In this document: positions 41,138 through 51,756 of the stretch, piece after piece | Numbering within the stretch: position 1 is the stretch's first letter | Layout: each line of letters starts with the position of its first letter | DNA from: Andalucia godoyi And28 | Lineage: Eukaryota > Protista > Jakobida | Assembly: GCA_009859145.1 (NCBI GenBank) | Contig: VRVR01000018.1 | Location: 67,688 to 131,687, forward strand | Reading direction: 5' to 3' | Length of the DNA: 64,000 nt | The notes under the pieces: generated by a model | Databases searched by the model: none | Told to the model about the DNA's origin: nothing | The model's input: only the letters and a program-made list of their open reading frames with translations | Program-made: the position numbers and the translations under genes

Positions 41138-42496
41138 ATGTTCACGCACAGACATTTTGGGAGAATGCTTGCTTCTGAAATACATCGACTCGCATTTTCT
41201 CGGTCGCATGCAACGGTCTGTAGTACCTCCTTATATCATTATCATCATCATCACAGTTGCGATCATCATGGCCATCACGGTCGCTGTGAGAATGCTGTTC
41301 TTCGGTGTTTTTCCTCTGTGGCGAATGTTGCTGCTTTGCACGTGGATGCGGCGCCGATGATGATGATGGGTCCGCAGACGAAAGCTGTCCAAGATGCGAT
41401 AGCGTCTCCCCTTTCTCAGTTGCTTCAAACAAAGTATCAGTTTTCATTGGCATCAGTGGAGCAACTTGTGAAGGATCATCCAAAGCTGTTTGCAGAGGAG
41501 GCGATTTCGTTCGTTTCCAAGCGACTAGACGAATTCATGGTCTTTTTTGATGGGTTTCCCAGGATTTTTATTCTCCTTCGCATCCTTCTGGAAAGACATC
41601 CAGATGTTTTCTTAAGTGATGCGCACTCGCTGAGTGTATTTTCAGGAATTTTGCATATGCGCAAAGAGTACAACGTGAATGTGGATCGAATGCTAAAATA
41701 TGCCACGATCAATGCAAAGATGTCTGTGGAGCAGATTGAAGCTCGAGCTTCTTTCTTGCGAAGTGCGCTGGATCTCTCGCATGAGAAAGTTTGCAAGATT
41801 TTCGAGCGAATGCCGCAGATTGTTGGGTATAATGTGCAAAACGCAATGCAAAACCGAGTTGATTTTTTAAAGTCCATTCATGTGGATGCAGTCAAAGCAT
41901 GTGCGCGAGTTCCGCAGTTGCTAATCCTTTCTCTTGAACGAAGAATGGTCCCGCGGGCGGAATACGTCCGACAACGATTTGGGTTCACAGACGACGCGCT
42001 ACTGGGAAAGGTATTGACGCGCGCGCCATCGCTCTTGTATGTTTCTCCAGAGAGTGTTGAAGAACGTATCCAGTTTCTGGAAAAGAAGGGTTTTTCCATG
42101 GAACAGATCAAAAAGATGGTGTCCGTTGTGCCGCAGGTGCTGAATCTTTCCGTTGAGGGCCAGCTGGCTCCAAAGATGGGGTATATTCACGAACGATTCG
42201 GATTCTCTGTGGATGCAATTGCCAGCTTCCCAACTTCCTTGCTCTATTCCCTCGAGCGCAGGATACACCCCCGGCTCCAAGCTTTGCGAGGCCGTGTCGA
42301 AGTTCCATACTATCTCCTGACAGCCATTCTTCCGCCCTCGGATGCGCTATTTTGCGAAAGATTCAAGATTGATCCCCAGGATTTTGTGTCGCTTGAGAAA
42401 GATCTCGCGGATCTTGGGCATCAGCACCCTGATCTCCGTGGCCTTGTTTCGGAAAACAGAAGTACGAAATGGAAGACGGCAACCCGGTTTTCGTGA
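41138..42496 (+). CDS. mTERF-family protein with a putative mitochondrial presequence (~452 aa)
   Basis: Repeated mTERF units (PQIVGYNVQNAMQNRVDFLKS, PQLLILSLERRMVPRAEY, PSLLYVSPESVEERIQFL, PTSLLYSLERRIHPR). Arg/Ser/His-rich N-terminus. Confidence 0.88.
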   Translation: MFTHRHFGRMLASEIHRLAFSRSHATVCSTSLYHYHHHHSCDHHGHHGRCENAVLRCFSSVANVAALHVDAAPMMMMGPQTKAVQDAIASPLSQLLQTKYQFSLASVEQLVKDHPKLFAEEAISFVSKRLDEFMVFFDGFPRIFILLRILLERHPDVFLSDAHSLSVFSGILHMRKEYNVNVDRMLKYATINAKMSVEQIEARASFLRSALDLSHEKVCKIFERMPQIVGYNVQNAMQNRVDFLKSIHVDAVKACARVPQLLILSLERRMVPRAEYVRQRFGFTDDALLGKVLTRAPSLLYVSPESVEERIQFLEKKGFSMEQIKKMVSVVPQVLNLSVEGQLAPKMGYIHERFGFSVDAIASFPTSLLYSLERRIHPRLQALRGRVEVPYYLLTAILPPSDALFCERFKIDPQDFVSLEKDLADLGHQHPDLRGLVSENRSTKWKTATRFS

Positions 42497-42742
42497 GAAC
42501 GAGCAACTCGCATTTCCTTCCCTGCAGCAAGTTTTTTTGATTATTAAATTCTCTTTTGTACAGTGTCAACGACGGGCAGCAAGTAGTATTCTTCAACAGG
42601 TTATTGTAAACACGACATTTCTTTTTTAAAAAACGCATTCGGTGTTTAATGTAGTTGTGATGTGATGTGATGTAAGATTATGATATGTAATGTTATGTAT
42701 GAAAACACGCGCGGTCCGGTCGCTTTCACTGAGAGGTGGTCT

Positions 42743-44062
42743 TCAGAAATCAGGTTGCACACGGAGCGACAGAATCCCGATATCAACAACATCGGACGCA
42801 CAAGACGCATACGAATCCTCGCTACTCCCGCACTCCTGCACATCCAAAGGAAACGGGATGTTACTTTGCTCGGTCTGTGATTCCAGCCGCTGGGGAGCTC
42901 GTTTTGGCCGAGAAGCTTCATGCGGCGTTCCGTCTACAGGACTGACGCAAGCGCGTTCTTGTGCACCTTCAGAATCAACACTTTTGCTTGTCTCGCTAGG
43001 CTCTTCTGCAATCATGGACGGAAACGACTCGCTAGACAAATCCCCAGCAGCATGGCTCACGGAAGAGTTGTTCAAAAACTGGTCTATCACTTCCCACTCT
43101 TCGTGCTCCATCACAAGAGACTCGGGCAGCACAAGCTCGTTCGTCATCTCCTTGTCCTTGTCCTTGTCCTTGTCCTTGTCCTTGTTTGCCATCACCATTG
43201 CTGATGACAGCTGCTTATTGTCATCGTGCACACCAGCGTTCGAATGAGTGGTTGATGACAACGGTGGGCGATGAAGAGGCTGGAACAGCGGGGAATTCAT
43301 GATGATTTCGTGATGCGTCATCAAAAGCTGCTTGATTTGCACCACATCGGCCACCAACGACGATTCAAGCATTGACACTCGTTGTCTCAGATGCTCATTT
43401 TCCCTCTGCAGCAGATCAAGCCTGGTCTTGTCCACTGATTCAGTACCTGCCGTGCATTGTTCCTTTTCCGCACACCTGTTGTCAAACAGGACTTTTGCAT
43501 GTAGTCTCTTTGCTGTCCTTGCATGTCCTTCTGCTTCACCATCGCCTGCCCCATCATCTTCCGCTGCATCGGCATCTTCATGTCTCCGCATCCCTAATGG
43601 GGAAGCGCCATAGTAATGACTGGAATCCTTCGAATGATGAAACAAATTCGAAGGAGAAGGCAATGTCACAGTATCATCATGCAAGGACGCTTGCACTCCA
43701 ATCACTGGTTTGGGATGCACTTCCGGTTCTGCGTAGCATCGAGAAAAGACTGGGCACGACGGAATCGGAGACCACATCAATGCAACGCTGTTGCTACTGT
43801 TGCTGCAGTTCTGATTTTCATGCTCCACTGCCTTTCGATACCGCAGATGCTTTTCTTGTTGTTTTGGGGTTGTGAAACTGTGAATAGCAGTCGACGACGA
43901 CGACGACGACGACGACGCATTTGCAGAAGTGGATTTTGAACGAGATTTCTTCGATGATTTGGAGCTGCTGCACATAGGATACGGGATTCCAAAAGAATCG
44001 CTCAGGAAATCAAACAAGGAAGGTGCCGTTGGATTCGGCATTCTGCAGACAATAAAAACCAC
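42743..44062 (-). CDS. Low-complexity hypothetical protein with a short coiled coil
   Basis: 439-codon ORF. Coiled coil RLDLLQRENEHLRQRVSMLE. Start may be MPNPTAPS. Confidence 0.6.
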   Translation of the reverse strand: MVFIVCRMPNPTAPSLFDFLSDSFGIPYPMCSSSKSSKKSRSKSTSANASSSSSSSSTAIHSFTTPKQQEKHLRYRKAVEHENQNCSNSSNSVALMWSPIPSCPVFSRCYAEPEVHPKPVIGVQASLHDDTVTLPSPSNLFHHSKDSSHYYGASPLGMRRHEDADAAEDDGAGDGEAEGHARTAKRLHAKVLFDNRCAEKEQCTAGTESVDKTRLDLLQRENEHLRQRVSMLESSLVADVVQIKQLLMTHHEIIMNSPLFQPLHRPPLSSTTHSNAGVHDDNKQLSSAMVMANKDKDKDKDKDKEMTNELVLPESLVMEHEEWEVIDQFLNNSSVSHAAGDLSSESFPSMIAEEPSETSKSVDSEGAQERACVSPVDGTPHEASRPKRAPQRLESQTEQSNIPFPLDVQECGSSEDSYASCASDVVDIGILSLRVQPDF

Positions 44063-44645
44063 CGAACCAAAAACAAAAACAAAAAAATTATTATTATTAT
44101 TCAGAATCCACTCGTTATATCACTCAACAACAACATAATATATAATCATAACAATGGGAGAGAAATAAAATTAAATTTGAAAACTGAAAATTGAAAAATT
44201 CCAACAACAAAATTTAAATAAATTGCATGTTTTGCACGGTGGAAAATTAACGTTCGTTTTTGGCGGTCATATTTGCAGCAATTCGACTACAGAGTTGAAA
44301 AGCTACTTTAATACTGTAAAACAAAAATGGCGGCCCGAAAGTAGTCCAAAAAGACTCTATTAAAAATAATCGTAATATTTCATAAAAGTCTCCGACTACA
44401 AAACGACGTGGGTCTTTTTGGTTTTCGCTCTGTCGACAAACGCTCTTTTCTCGATTGCTCTTTGAGCTGTTTTTCTTTTTCTTTTCTTTCTTAGTTTTGC
44501 AATTTGTATCGTTATAATTTATTTATTTATTTATTTATTTTTTTGTGGTTTTTTTCTTTTCTTCTTTTTTTCCTGGTGTTCTTTTATATTTGGCTGTGCG
44601 AGTAGGAGTAGGAGTAGGAGTAGGAGGTTCGCACATTGCTGAAAA

Positions 44646-45467
44646 ATGAGTTATCAGACGTCCGAGGTGATGAAGTCGTTTGAGGCGTGGTGGGCGCAGA
44701 TGGTGGCGGAGCGTGGGGAGTATGCAATGACGACATATGTTCCATTTGCTTTTATCATTGGGTCGTACATTCTCTTCAATCTTCCGCTTTTCATACTCGA
44801 TTTGTGGAACCCAGAGTTTCTTCAAAAGTACAAGATCCAGGAAAACAAGCCTGTGACGCTGTCCAATCTTTTGAAATGCGGACGCAAGATCATGTTCAAT
44901 TACTTTTGCGTGATGCTTCCTCTGGTTTTGCTGTCTTTTCCCATCTTCCGGTTTGTGGGAATGCATGCAGATGCGCCTTTGCCGCCGCTGTCCTATATGC
45001 TGATGCAGGTGTTCTGCTTCATGCTTTGCGAAGACTTTTCTCATTATTGGATGCATCGATTGCTCCATCATCCGTCCGTTTATCACATGGTCCACAACAT
45101 CCATCACGAGTGGACCGCACCCTTTGGACTGACTGCGTCGTACGCGCATCCTATTGAAATTATCCTGCTAGGATTCGCCACGTTCTCGGGACCACTGCTG
45201 TACGGTCCTCATGTCGTTACTTTCTTGATCTGGGTCGGGCTTCGGCAGGCGCTTGCGATCGAAACGCACTGCGGATACGAGTTCCCTTTCTCACCGAATA
45301 AGCTCTTCCCGTTTGTGGGTGGCGCTGCGTTCCACGACTTTCATCACAAGACTATCAATGGAAACTTTGCTTCCAATTTCACGTTCTGGGACACGCTTTT
45401 CGGCACCGACATTGACTTTTGGGAGAGCGAAGAGAAGAAGAAGAGAAGATCGGACAAGACCGATTAA
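44646..45467 (+). CDS. MSMO1: Sterol C4-methyl oxidase (fatty acid hydroxylase superfamily)
   Basis: His boxes HYWMHRLLHH, HNIHHEWTAPFGLTASYAHPIE, HCGYEFP, FHDFHH, plus NFASNFTFWD. Confidence 0.9.
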   Translation: MSYQTSEVMKSFEAWWAQMVAERGEYAMTTYVPFAFIIGSYILFNLPLFILDLWNPEFLQKYKIQENKPVTLSNLLKCGRKIMFNYFCVMLPLVLLSFPIFRFVGMHADAPLPPLSYMLMQVFCFMLCEDFSHYWMHRLLHHPSVYHMVHNIHHEWTAPFGLTASYAHPIEIILLGFATFSGPLLYGPHVVTFLIWVGLRQALAIETHCGYEFPFSPNKLFPFVGGAAFHDFHHKTINGNFASNFTFWDTLFGTDIDFWESEEKKKRRSDKTD

Positions 45468-45525
45468 CCGGGCGTATCAGCTGAATGCGTGTGTCTGTGT
45501 ATTGTACTGTTGCTGCTTTGGTATT

Positions 45526-45557
<32 letters not shown>

Positions 45558-45699
45558 CTCTCTCACACACACTCTCTCTCACTCAATCACTCTCACGTCT
45601 CAAACGTTGTACATTGAATCATATTATTCCCTCTACTATTCATTCATTCTTTTTAGTCCTTCTGGTTGCGCTATTCTGCTGTGCATGCTGGCTTTGCCT

Positions 45700-46350
45700 T
45701 CATTGTTGCTTGCATTCCACATCGCCGTCTTTCTTGGGTGCCTTTTGTCTGCGAGCGCGTTCGCGGACTTCTATCTCAACTGCCTTCTTCGGTTTCTTGT
45801 ACTCTACAATGAGAGTTCCGACGGTTCGGAGTTGTGGACCAGGAACCCTTTGCTGGTCGAAACGAAACGAAAGGTGATCGTCCACAAGCTTGATTCCGAG
45901 TCTTTTGAGATCCGGGATTGCGAACCTCTTGTAGTACTTCTTGTTGGACGTCCGAATCACGACCTCGTCCTTGTCACCATCCACAAACACGGAAAATGCA
46001 TCATCTGGATAATCAAACAAGTTGCGCACTCGGAATCCGTATGCTCCAGCGGAGTCAGATCGCGAAAACTGCGGATTGGATGTGGCAGAGGGAGTCATGT
46101 CCAGCAATGAGCCTCCAGAGCTGCTGCCACTCGATGATGATGCACGGATCGGTGCATTCCCCAACTCGTAATCCCACTCTGTAAACCCACCAATCGGCCG
46201 CGGCTTCCGAGACTTTCGCATCAGCAACGCATCGCTCGCAATCTCCCATTCCTCGAGAACCTCGGTCCCGTCTTTGTACACCTTTTTCACTTGCAGCCTC
46301 CCTGCCTCCACAAACGACTGGAACGAATATCCATCATCCGTCTCCTCCAT
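45700..46350 (-). CDS. DPCD: DPCD homolog (ciliary, R2TP-associated)
   Basis: DGTEVLEEW...LLMRKSR...WDYELG, NPQFSRSD...FRVRNL.YP, IRTSNKKYYKRFAIPDLKRL, TLIVEYKKP. Confidence 0.88.
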   Translation of the reverse strand: MEETDDGYSFQSFVEAGRLQVKKVYKDGTEVLEEWEIASDALLMRKSRKPRPIGGFTEWDYELGNAPIRASSSSGSSSGGSLLDMTPSATSNPQFSRSDSAGAYGFRVRNLFDYPDDAFSVFVDGDKDEVVIRTSNKKYYKRFAIPDLKRLGIKLVDDHLSFRFDQQRVPGPQLRTVGTLIVEYKKPKKAVEIEVRERARRQKAPKKDGDVECKQQ

Positions 46351-46381
46351 TCCTTCTCTCGCTCACACACTCCCTCGTTCA

Positions 46382-46415
<34 letters not shown>

Positions 46416-47095
46416 TGCTTGCTTGTCCGCCTTAGACAATGTCTTACTTTGTGTCGCCCAACAGACAAACGACGGAGGTTCTCCCTGCTTCGACAGTTTT
46501 CCAGTTTTCTCTTCAGAACGTACGGTCGCCAGCTTTGTGTGTCAAGCAATACGATGTTCCTACCGTAGGCAAGTCTTGAATGTCTTCTTTCTTCACGTTT
46601 TTTTTCTTTCCGTTATTTCTTCTGTTTGTTTGTGTTTTATATAATCGAACTCTCAAGCAGCACCTCTCATCAAGGACAAAACAACTCATGGCTCCAAAGA
46701 GGGATCTTCCCAACAAACTCAAACCGGCCATGCCCGAAGATACCGAGAACCCAGGAACCCGTTGATCCCCCTTTCGTCGGAGGCCGAGAGCAAGAAAGAA
46801 GAAGCGATGACCCCTTTGATGCAAAGCAACCTGCATTGAAGAGTTGGTGCTCGCCCCCAATTAAAGAAGCAAAAACACGTGGCTTGGATCTGCTTCGGTG
46901 ACAGCTTAGCCGATGATGACCAACAAGGATTCATGTTTTCGCGAGCGGACCTGTTTGCGTTTATATATATATATATATATATATAAACATTTTTTGTATT
47001 TTCTTTTCCTGGATTTATTGTACAATTCAACTGGCGACTGTCTAGAGAGCGCAAGCGCGCTACAAGAAAAGTAGCGTGCTTGTAATGATTTCGTT

Positions 47096-48355
47096 CTACG
47101 ATAGATGGGACGTTGTATCCGCAGCAAGGATGAAGATGTCTGTGAATGAAACAACGCCTACCGGTTCTCCAATCTCGTCCACAACCCACACGCGATGCAC
47201 CTTGTGGTCAACCATCTTTTGCAGAGCATCATAGAGCGTCGCATGCGTGGCGACGCAAATCGGCTCGAGCGACTTTGGCGCAACTTCTCTAAGAAATTCC
47301 TCCACAGTGAGCCCAACGCGGCTTTCCTCTAACCTCTTTTCGCCGAGTGCAACCTTTTGCATTTCTTTTTCAAGATCACTCAGGGTGTTCTTCTCCATTC
47401 CTTTGCCGTCAATCTCTGCACCAGCATCTGTGTTCGTCGGGTTCGCAGCAACATCGGTGACCGAGCGGAAGAGCCCTGCAACATCGACCGCCGAAAAGTT
47501 CCCAACAAGCTTATTTGTCACTGCGTCCGTGACTGCGAGTGCCGAAAACCGAGTCTGCGCAAGAATGGCAACAGCCTCAGAAACCGGTGTATCGTTGTCG
47601 ACGGTCGTCAGCAGTCGTGCCTCCAACCCAAGCTCGCACAGCTGCTTGTCGCACATGCATTGGAGTGCCTCAATCTTCGGGATTGCTGCTGCAAGAGCCT
47701 GGCAGAGTGTCATTTGCGACACAACACCCACCATTTGCTTTTCCGAATTAAACACCAACACACGATGCAGTCCCTTTGCAAAGTAGTCCACCAAAACAGA
47801 CGCCCGCTCGTCATCGCGGACATGAACAAAAGGGTTTCGGCCCGAACGATCCGCAATCGAAAGCGCGCAGACTGACGGAAGCGGATTCTGCATTGGAACA
47901 CTCGATCTTGGCAACCGCGGATCAATCGACATTGGCAGATGCGACGCAATCAGCGACACCATATCCATAGTATCGACCTGGCCCACCACTCGAGACCCGC
48001 ATTTCGCCGTTGCATGACCGTGCGAAGCGCCACTCGCATTCGTCAAAGGTGCTGTGCTCGAACCATTGTCGGTGGCCGTGGAGGAGGAGATCATGTTGGT
48101 GGATGAATTGGTGCGCGAGAGTGCCGAATCAAGAGCATCCGACGAGTGGGAGGGAGTAAGAATCGGCGACGAGGGAGCGGAAGGAGAAGGAAAGGCGGAC
48201 GACAGAATCGGCAAACATGAAACGCGAGCTTCCTTGATTTTCAAAAAAGCAGAAAGCGCTGAAGCATCCGCGGAGATTGCGATCGTGGACTGTGATCGTA
48301 CAAAGTGAGACACTTGCAAAGAATCAAAATGCTGAAATAGAGGGTTCGGTGTCAT
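47096..48355 (-). CDS. Multi-CBS-domain protein (AMPK-gamma/SDS23-like)
   Basis: CBS repeats: AKGLHRVLVF...VGVVSQMTL, FSALAVTD...LVGNFSAVDV, KVHRVWVVDE...VGVVSFTDI. Confidence 0.88.
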   Translation of the reverse strand: MTPNPLFQHFDSLQVSHFVRSQSTIAISADASALSAFLKIKEARVSCLPILSSAFPSPSAPSSPILTPSHSSDALDSALSRTNSSTNMISSSTATDNGSSTAPLTNASGASHGHATAKCGSRVVGQVDTMDMVSLIASHLPMSIDPRLPRSSVPMQNPLPSVCALSIADRSGRNPFVHVRDDERASVLVDYFAKGLHRVLVFNSEKQMVGVVSQMTLCQALAAAIPKIEALQCMCDKQLCELGLEARLLTTVDNDTPVSEAVAILAQTRFSALAVTDAVTNKLVGNFSAVDVAGLFRSVTDVAANPTNTDAGAEIDGKGMEKNTLSDLEKEMQKVALGEKRLEESRVGLTVEEFLREVAPKSLEPICVATHATLYDALQKMVDHKVHRVWVVDEIGEPVGVVSFTDIFILAADTTSHLS

Positions 48356-49187
48356 CTCTGCCTTCTGTTATCTGTTTGCTTTTTTTTTTCTATTGTTCCG
48401 TCTGTTATCTGTTCGTGAGTGTTGTATGTTCTTCGGGGAGGATCAATCTTCTTTTTCTTTTTTCTTCGACTGCAAAATGTCTTGATTGTGTGTGTTTCTC
48501 TTCTTTCTTTGTGTGTGTGAGAGACAGAGAGAGCGAGAGAGAGGGAGGGAGGTATAGGAATCACAACAACAAACAACAAATCATGACTAAGAAGAAGAAG
48601 AGGGGAGGGAAAAGAGAAAGGAAGGAAAAGAGAGAGAGAAAAGAAAAGGAAAGGAAAGCAAACGAAATCAGCAATAAACAATTTCTGAACGCTGAAAAGC
48701 AGATTGAAACGGAACGGAGAAGCAAGAAAGGGTGAGAAAACAGCGAATCTTTCCCCCATTGATTGGTGTGAGACTTTTTGGAAGGGATGGTGGCAAAGTT
48801 TGGAACACACGATATGTGTGTGGGAGCCATTGAAACGACGGACAGGAAACTAGGGTAGGGGAAAAAAGGGGGGAAAAGTTTCGATCAGGTCGGGCGTCGG
48901 GGATTGTTGGGAATTGCTGGAACAGGAAAGGACAGGAAAGCATCGGAATCTTGAGCTCCGAGATGTCAAACACATCAAATCTCCCATAATTGGCTCTTCC
49001 GCTTTTTCATTCTCCACAGATTTTCTTTTGAAATTTCTACGAGCGTTGGAGGATGTTTCCGTGAAGTTTGCTGCGGTGTTGCGTAGCAGTTTTTCATACA
49101 TTGATTGCCCCAGCCAGCCAGCCTTTTCTTTTACTTCGAGGAACGCACACAAAGGCTCGCAAGCAGGAGAGCTTACAGAGTCCGGGA

Positions 49188-50375
49188 TCAAGCCTCGCTT
49201 TCCGAGAGAGCAACTTTGTATAGGTAGCCGGTGCCTTGATCGGTCGTCCAAGTGAACAGCAGTGCTCGCGTGTCCGAGAGAACGACACCGGATACCTGGT
49301 CAGTGTTCGGTACTTCTGCTGACGAACTGAAAGTGTGAATAAAGTATCTTGAACTATCCACTTGGCCTCCGGGAATGTAATCCAGGAAGAAATTGACGTC
49401 GTCGAACCCCGCAGACGCGCGAGCACACGTGTCGGTCACGTTTGTGGTTGGAACAAACCACGAGTTGTTGGTGATGTTGACAACAAGGCTTCCAAAGTCT
49501 GCGATTTGCTGATAGGGGTCGACAAATTCTACGCCGACGGTCTGGACGGGCTGTCCCGTCTGGCTGTCGATCACCGATTCATTGAACTGAAACACGGAGA
49601 CGCTTGTGGTCCAGTTCGCAAGGTACAATCGAACGATGCTCGAATTGGTAAAGGGTTCCACATTCGACAGACGTCCGCTCGTGACATACGCTTCAAAGGT
49701 GTCCGGAATCTGCGCCACATCCTCGAAAGGATACGAATTGCCGCTGAATACTTGGAACGTGTGGATGTTCTGGAACGCAAAGGATGCGAGATCCAGGACA
49801 ATCGACTTGGTCAGACTGCCCTGCATGATGCGGTGTCGGAACCGAAAATACGCAAGACTCGCATTGTTCGCATTGTCGAACCAGATTGGAAAACCGTCCA
49901 CCCGAGGCCCTCCATACAGCAAATCGTCTTCAGTCATGGAAACATTCAGGTTCGCAACCAACTCCACTGCCAGAGTGGTTGGATTTAGCTGCAAAAAGTA
50001 CGCCTGTACTGTGCTGCTCGCCGTCCCGTTGCTCACCAACGCGTACAGCTTGTCACGAGAAGAGACATAGGCGAGCGACAACGGCGGCCCGTATGTGTCG
50101 CCGAGCGCTGCCGCTGTCTGAAGCTCCAGTACAGTTCCGTTTGTGGAAAACCGCGAAACACCGGGGTTTGGCTCTCGAACGCTGGTGTACAGCAAGGACC
50201 GCACATCGTCAAATGCAGCAACATCGCCAAATGTCGTCCCGGGCACCAGCAGAGTGGACGTAATCTGAAACGTACCAGTTGCGTTGGGACTGCACGCGAG
50301 CGCAAAGCTCGCGGCGCAGACGAGTAACAGTGCATGCAATGCACTCGAAAAGGCCTTCCTGAAAAGCATCACCAT
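49188..50375 (-). CDS. Secreted, N-glycosylated hypothetical protein, possibly a beta-propeller
   Basis: Signal peptide (LLLVCAASFALAC), many NxS/T sites and beta-rich composition. Confidence 0.7.
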   Translation of the reverse strand: MVMLFRKAFSSALHALLLVCAASFALACSPNATGTFQITSTLLVPGTTFGDVAAFDDVRSLLYTSVREPNPGVSRFSTNGTVLELQTAAALGDTYGPPLSLAYVSSRDKLYALVSNGTASSTVQAYFLQLNPTTLAVELVANLNVSMTEDDLLYGGPRVDGFPIWFDNANNASLAYFRFRHRIMQGSLTKSIVLDLASFAFQNIHTFQVFSGNSYPFEDVAQIPDTFEAYVTSGRLSNVEPFTNSSIVRLYLANWTTSVSVFQFNESVIDSQTGQPVQTVGVEFVDPYQQIADFGSLVVNITNNSWFVPTTNVTDTCARASAGFDDVNFFLDYIPGGQVDSSRYFIHTFSSSAEVPNTDQVSGVVLSDTRALLFTWTTDQGTGYLYKVALSESEA

Positions 50376-51140
50376 GATTGTAGTACGCCTTGAGTTCCTA
50401 TTAAAGATGAAGGAAAATGCGATGCATGATTCAAAAAGAAGAAGAAAGATGGAGAAACGATCATTCTCTTCCTTTCTCTCTCTTTTTTTTCCTCCACTTT
50501 TTTTTCTTCTTCTTCAACAACAACTGCACAAAGTGCACTTATCTATTCGGTAGGCGCACAAACGAAAAAGGAACATTCGATTGAAGTGTCAACAAACGCA
50601 GAACACTACGCACATGAAACAGAATGCACGATGAATGTGGGGGTTAACTGGACGTACCGGTTCCCTTTGTGCATTCCCGAGTGAACGTCTGAGCCTCCGT
50701 CGGCAATGCGCGCACGAGGCAACCCCCACCAAAGCCACTCTTCAAGTGAAGTGCGATGAAACTGCAGAAAATGTGCGTTCCTGCATGACGACGATGATGA
50801 TGGTAGTGGTGGCGGTGGTGCATATGAACTCTGTGAAATTGACGAAAAGCATGCCTCTCAAAAAGGAGTGCGCAAACCATGGCTACGAAGAAAAACTGTG
50901 GGACGTCAGCAGTCAGAAAAAAACGTCGTGAGCGTTCGAGAACGTAAAGTTGAGTAGGAGGACGTGCACCTCAACAGCCCCCAATATGTGGTTTTGTTTT
51001 GTTTGGAGTTGCTTTTAGTTATTTTATCTCCGCCACGTCGAACTGCGTCTTGTCAATTTTTATGCAGACGGAGAGATGAATAGGGTATTGATTACTGGCG
51101 AAGAAAGGAGAGAAGAGGGAGAAGGAGAATCGGCGTAAAA

Positions 51141-51620
51141 ATGAAGAGAATATTCAAAGTTGGAGATGCATATGAAATGGTTCGTCGATTCTCGGCAGAC
51201 GATGTGCAAAAGTTTGCGGATGTGTCTGGTGACCACAATCGAGTTCACTTTGCTGCAACTCCTCCATTTCCCAAACCGATTGCGCATGGAATGCTTGTTG
51301 GCTCCATGTTTTCCGTGATGCTTGGCATGTCATTTCTCGGACAAGGATCCATTTATGTTTCGCAGAACTTCCAATTCACAAATCCAGTGTTTCTCGATGA
51401 GCAGGTGACCGCAAAGGTTCTGATCACCAGCATTCGGCTAAAACGAGATGTTCCGCTCATTACACTAAAAACAGTCGTTGTGAAAGAAGATGGCAAAATC
51501 GCAATCAATGGAGATGGCTGTGCCTATTGCCCACATCTCAAAGGCTGTGCAGAAGAAGGAACGCTGCAAACGGACGATAGCAATGCTGGTCCTGCTAGGA
51601 GCATCTCGTCGAATTTATAA
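51141..51620 (+). CDS. MaoC/PhaJ-type (R)-specific enoyl-CoA hydratase or 3-hydroxyacyl-thioester dehydratase (HTD2-like)
   Basis: Hydratase-2 motif FADVSGDHNRVH...PIAHGMLVGSMFS and YVSQNFQFTNPVF. Confidence 0.9.
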   Translation: MKRIFKVGDAYEMVRRFSADDVQKFADVSGDHNRVHFAATPPFPKPIAHGMLVGSMFSVMLGMSFLGQGSIYVSQNFQFTNPVFLDEQVTAKVLITSIRLKRDVPLITLKTVVVKEDGKIAINGDGCAYCPHLKGCAEEGTLQTDDSNAGPARSISSNL

Positions 51621-51756
51621 ACTCTATACTTGTTCAAGGAGCGCATGTGCACGCATTTTCGGTTTTTGTTTATTTTGTTTTGTTTTGTTTTTTTCTTGTG
51701 GAGGGACCCTTTTTCTATCGATTTGCATGTAACACATAATTTGTCGACTGGCATCT

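Noticed and set aside
48277-49251. Several overlapping ORFs (48277-48735, 48352-48810, 48850-49251)
   Set aside because: Mostly low-complexity purine/pyrimidine tracts typical of the spacers, with no motif support.
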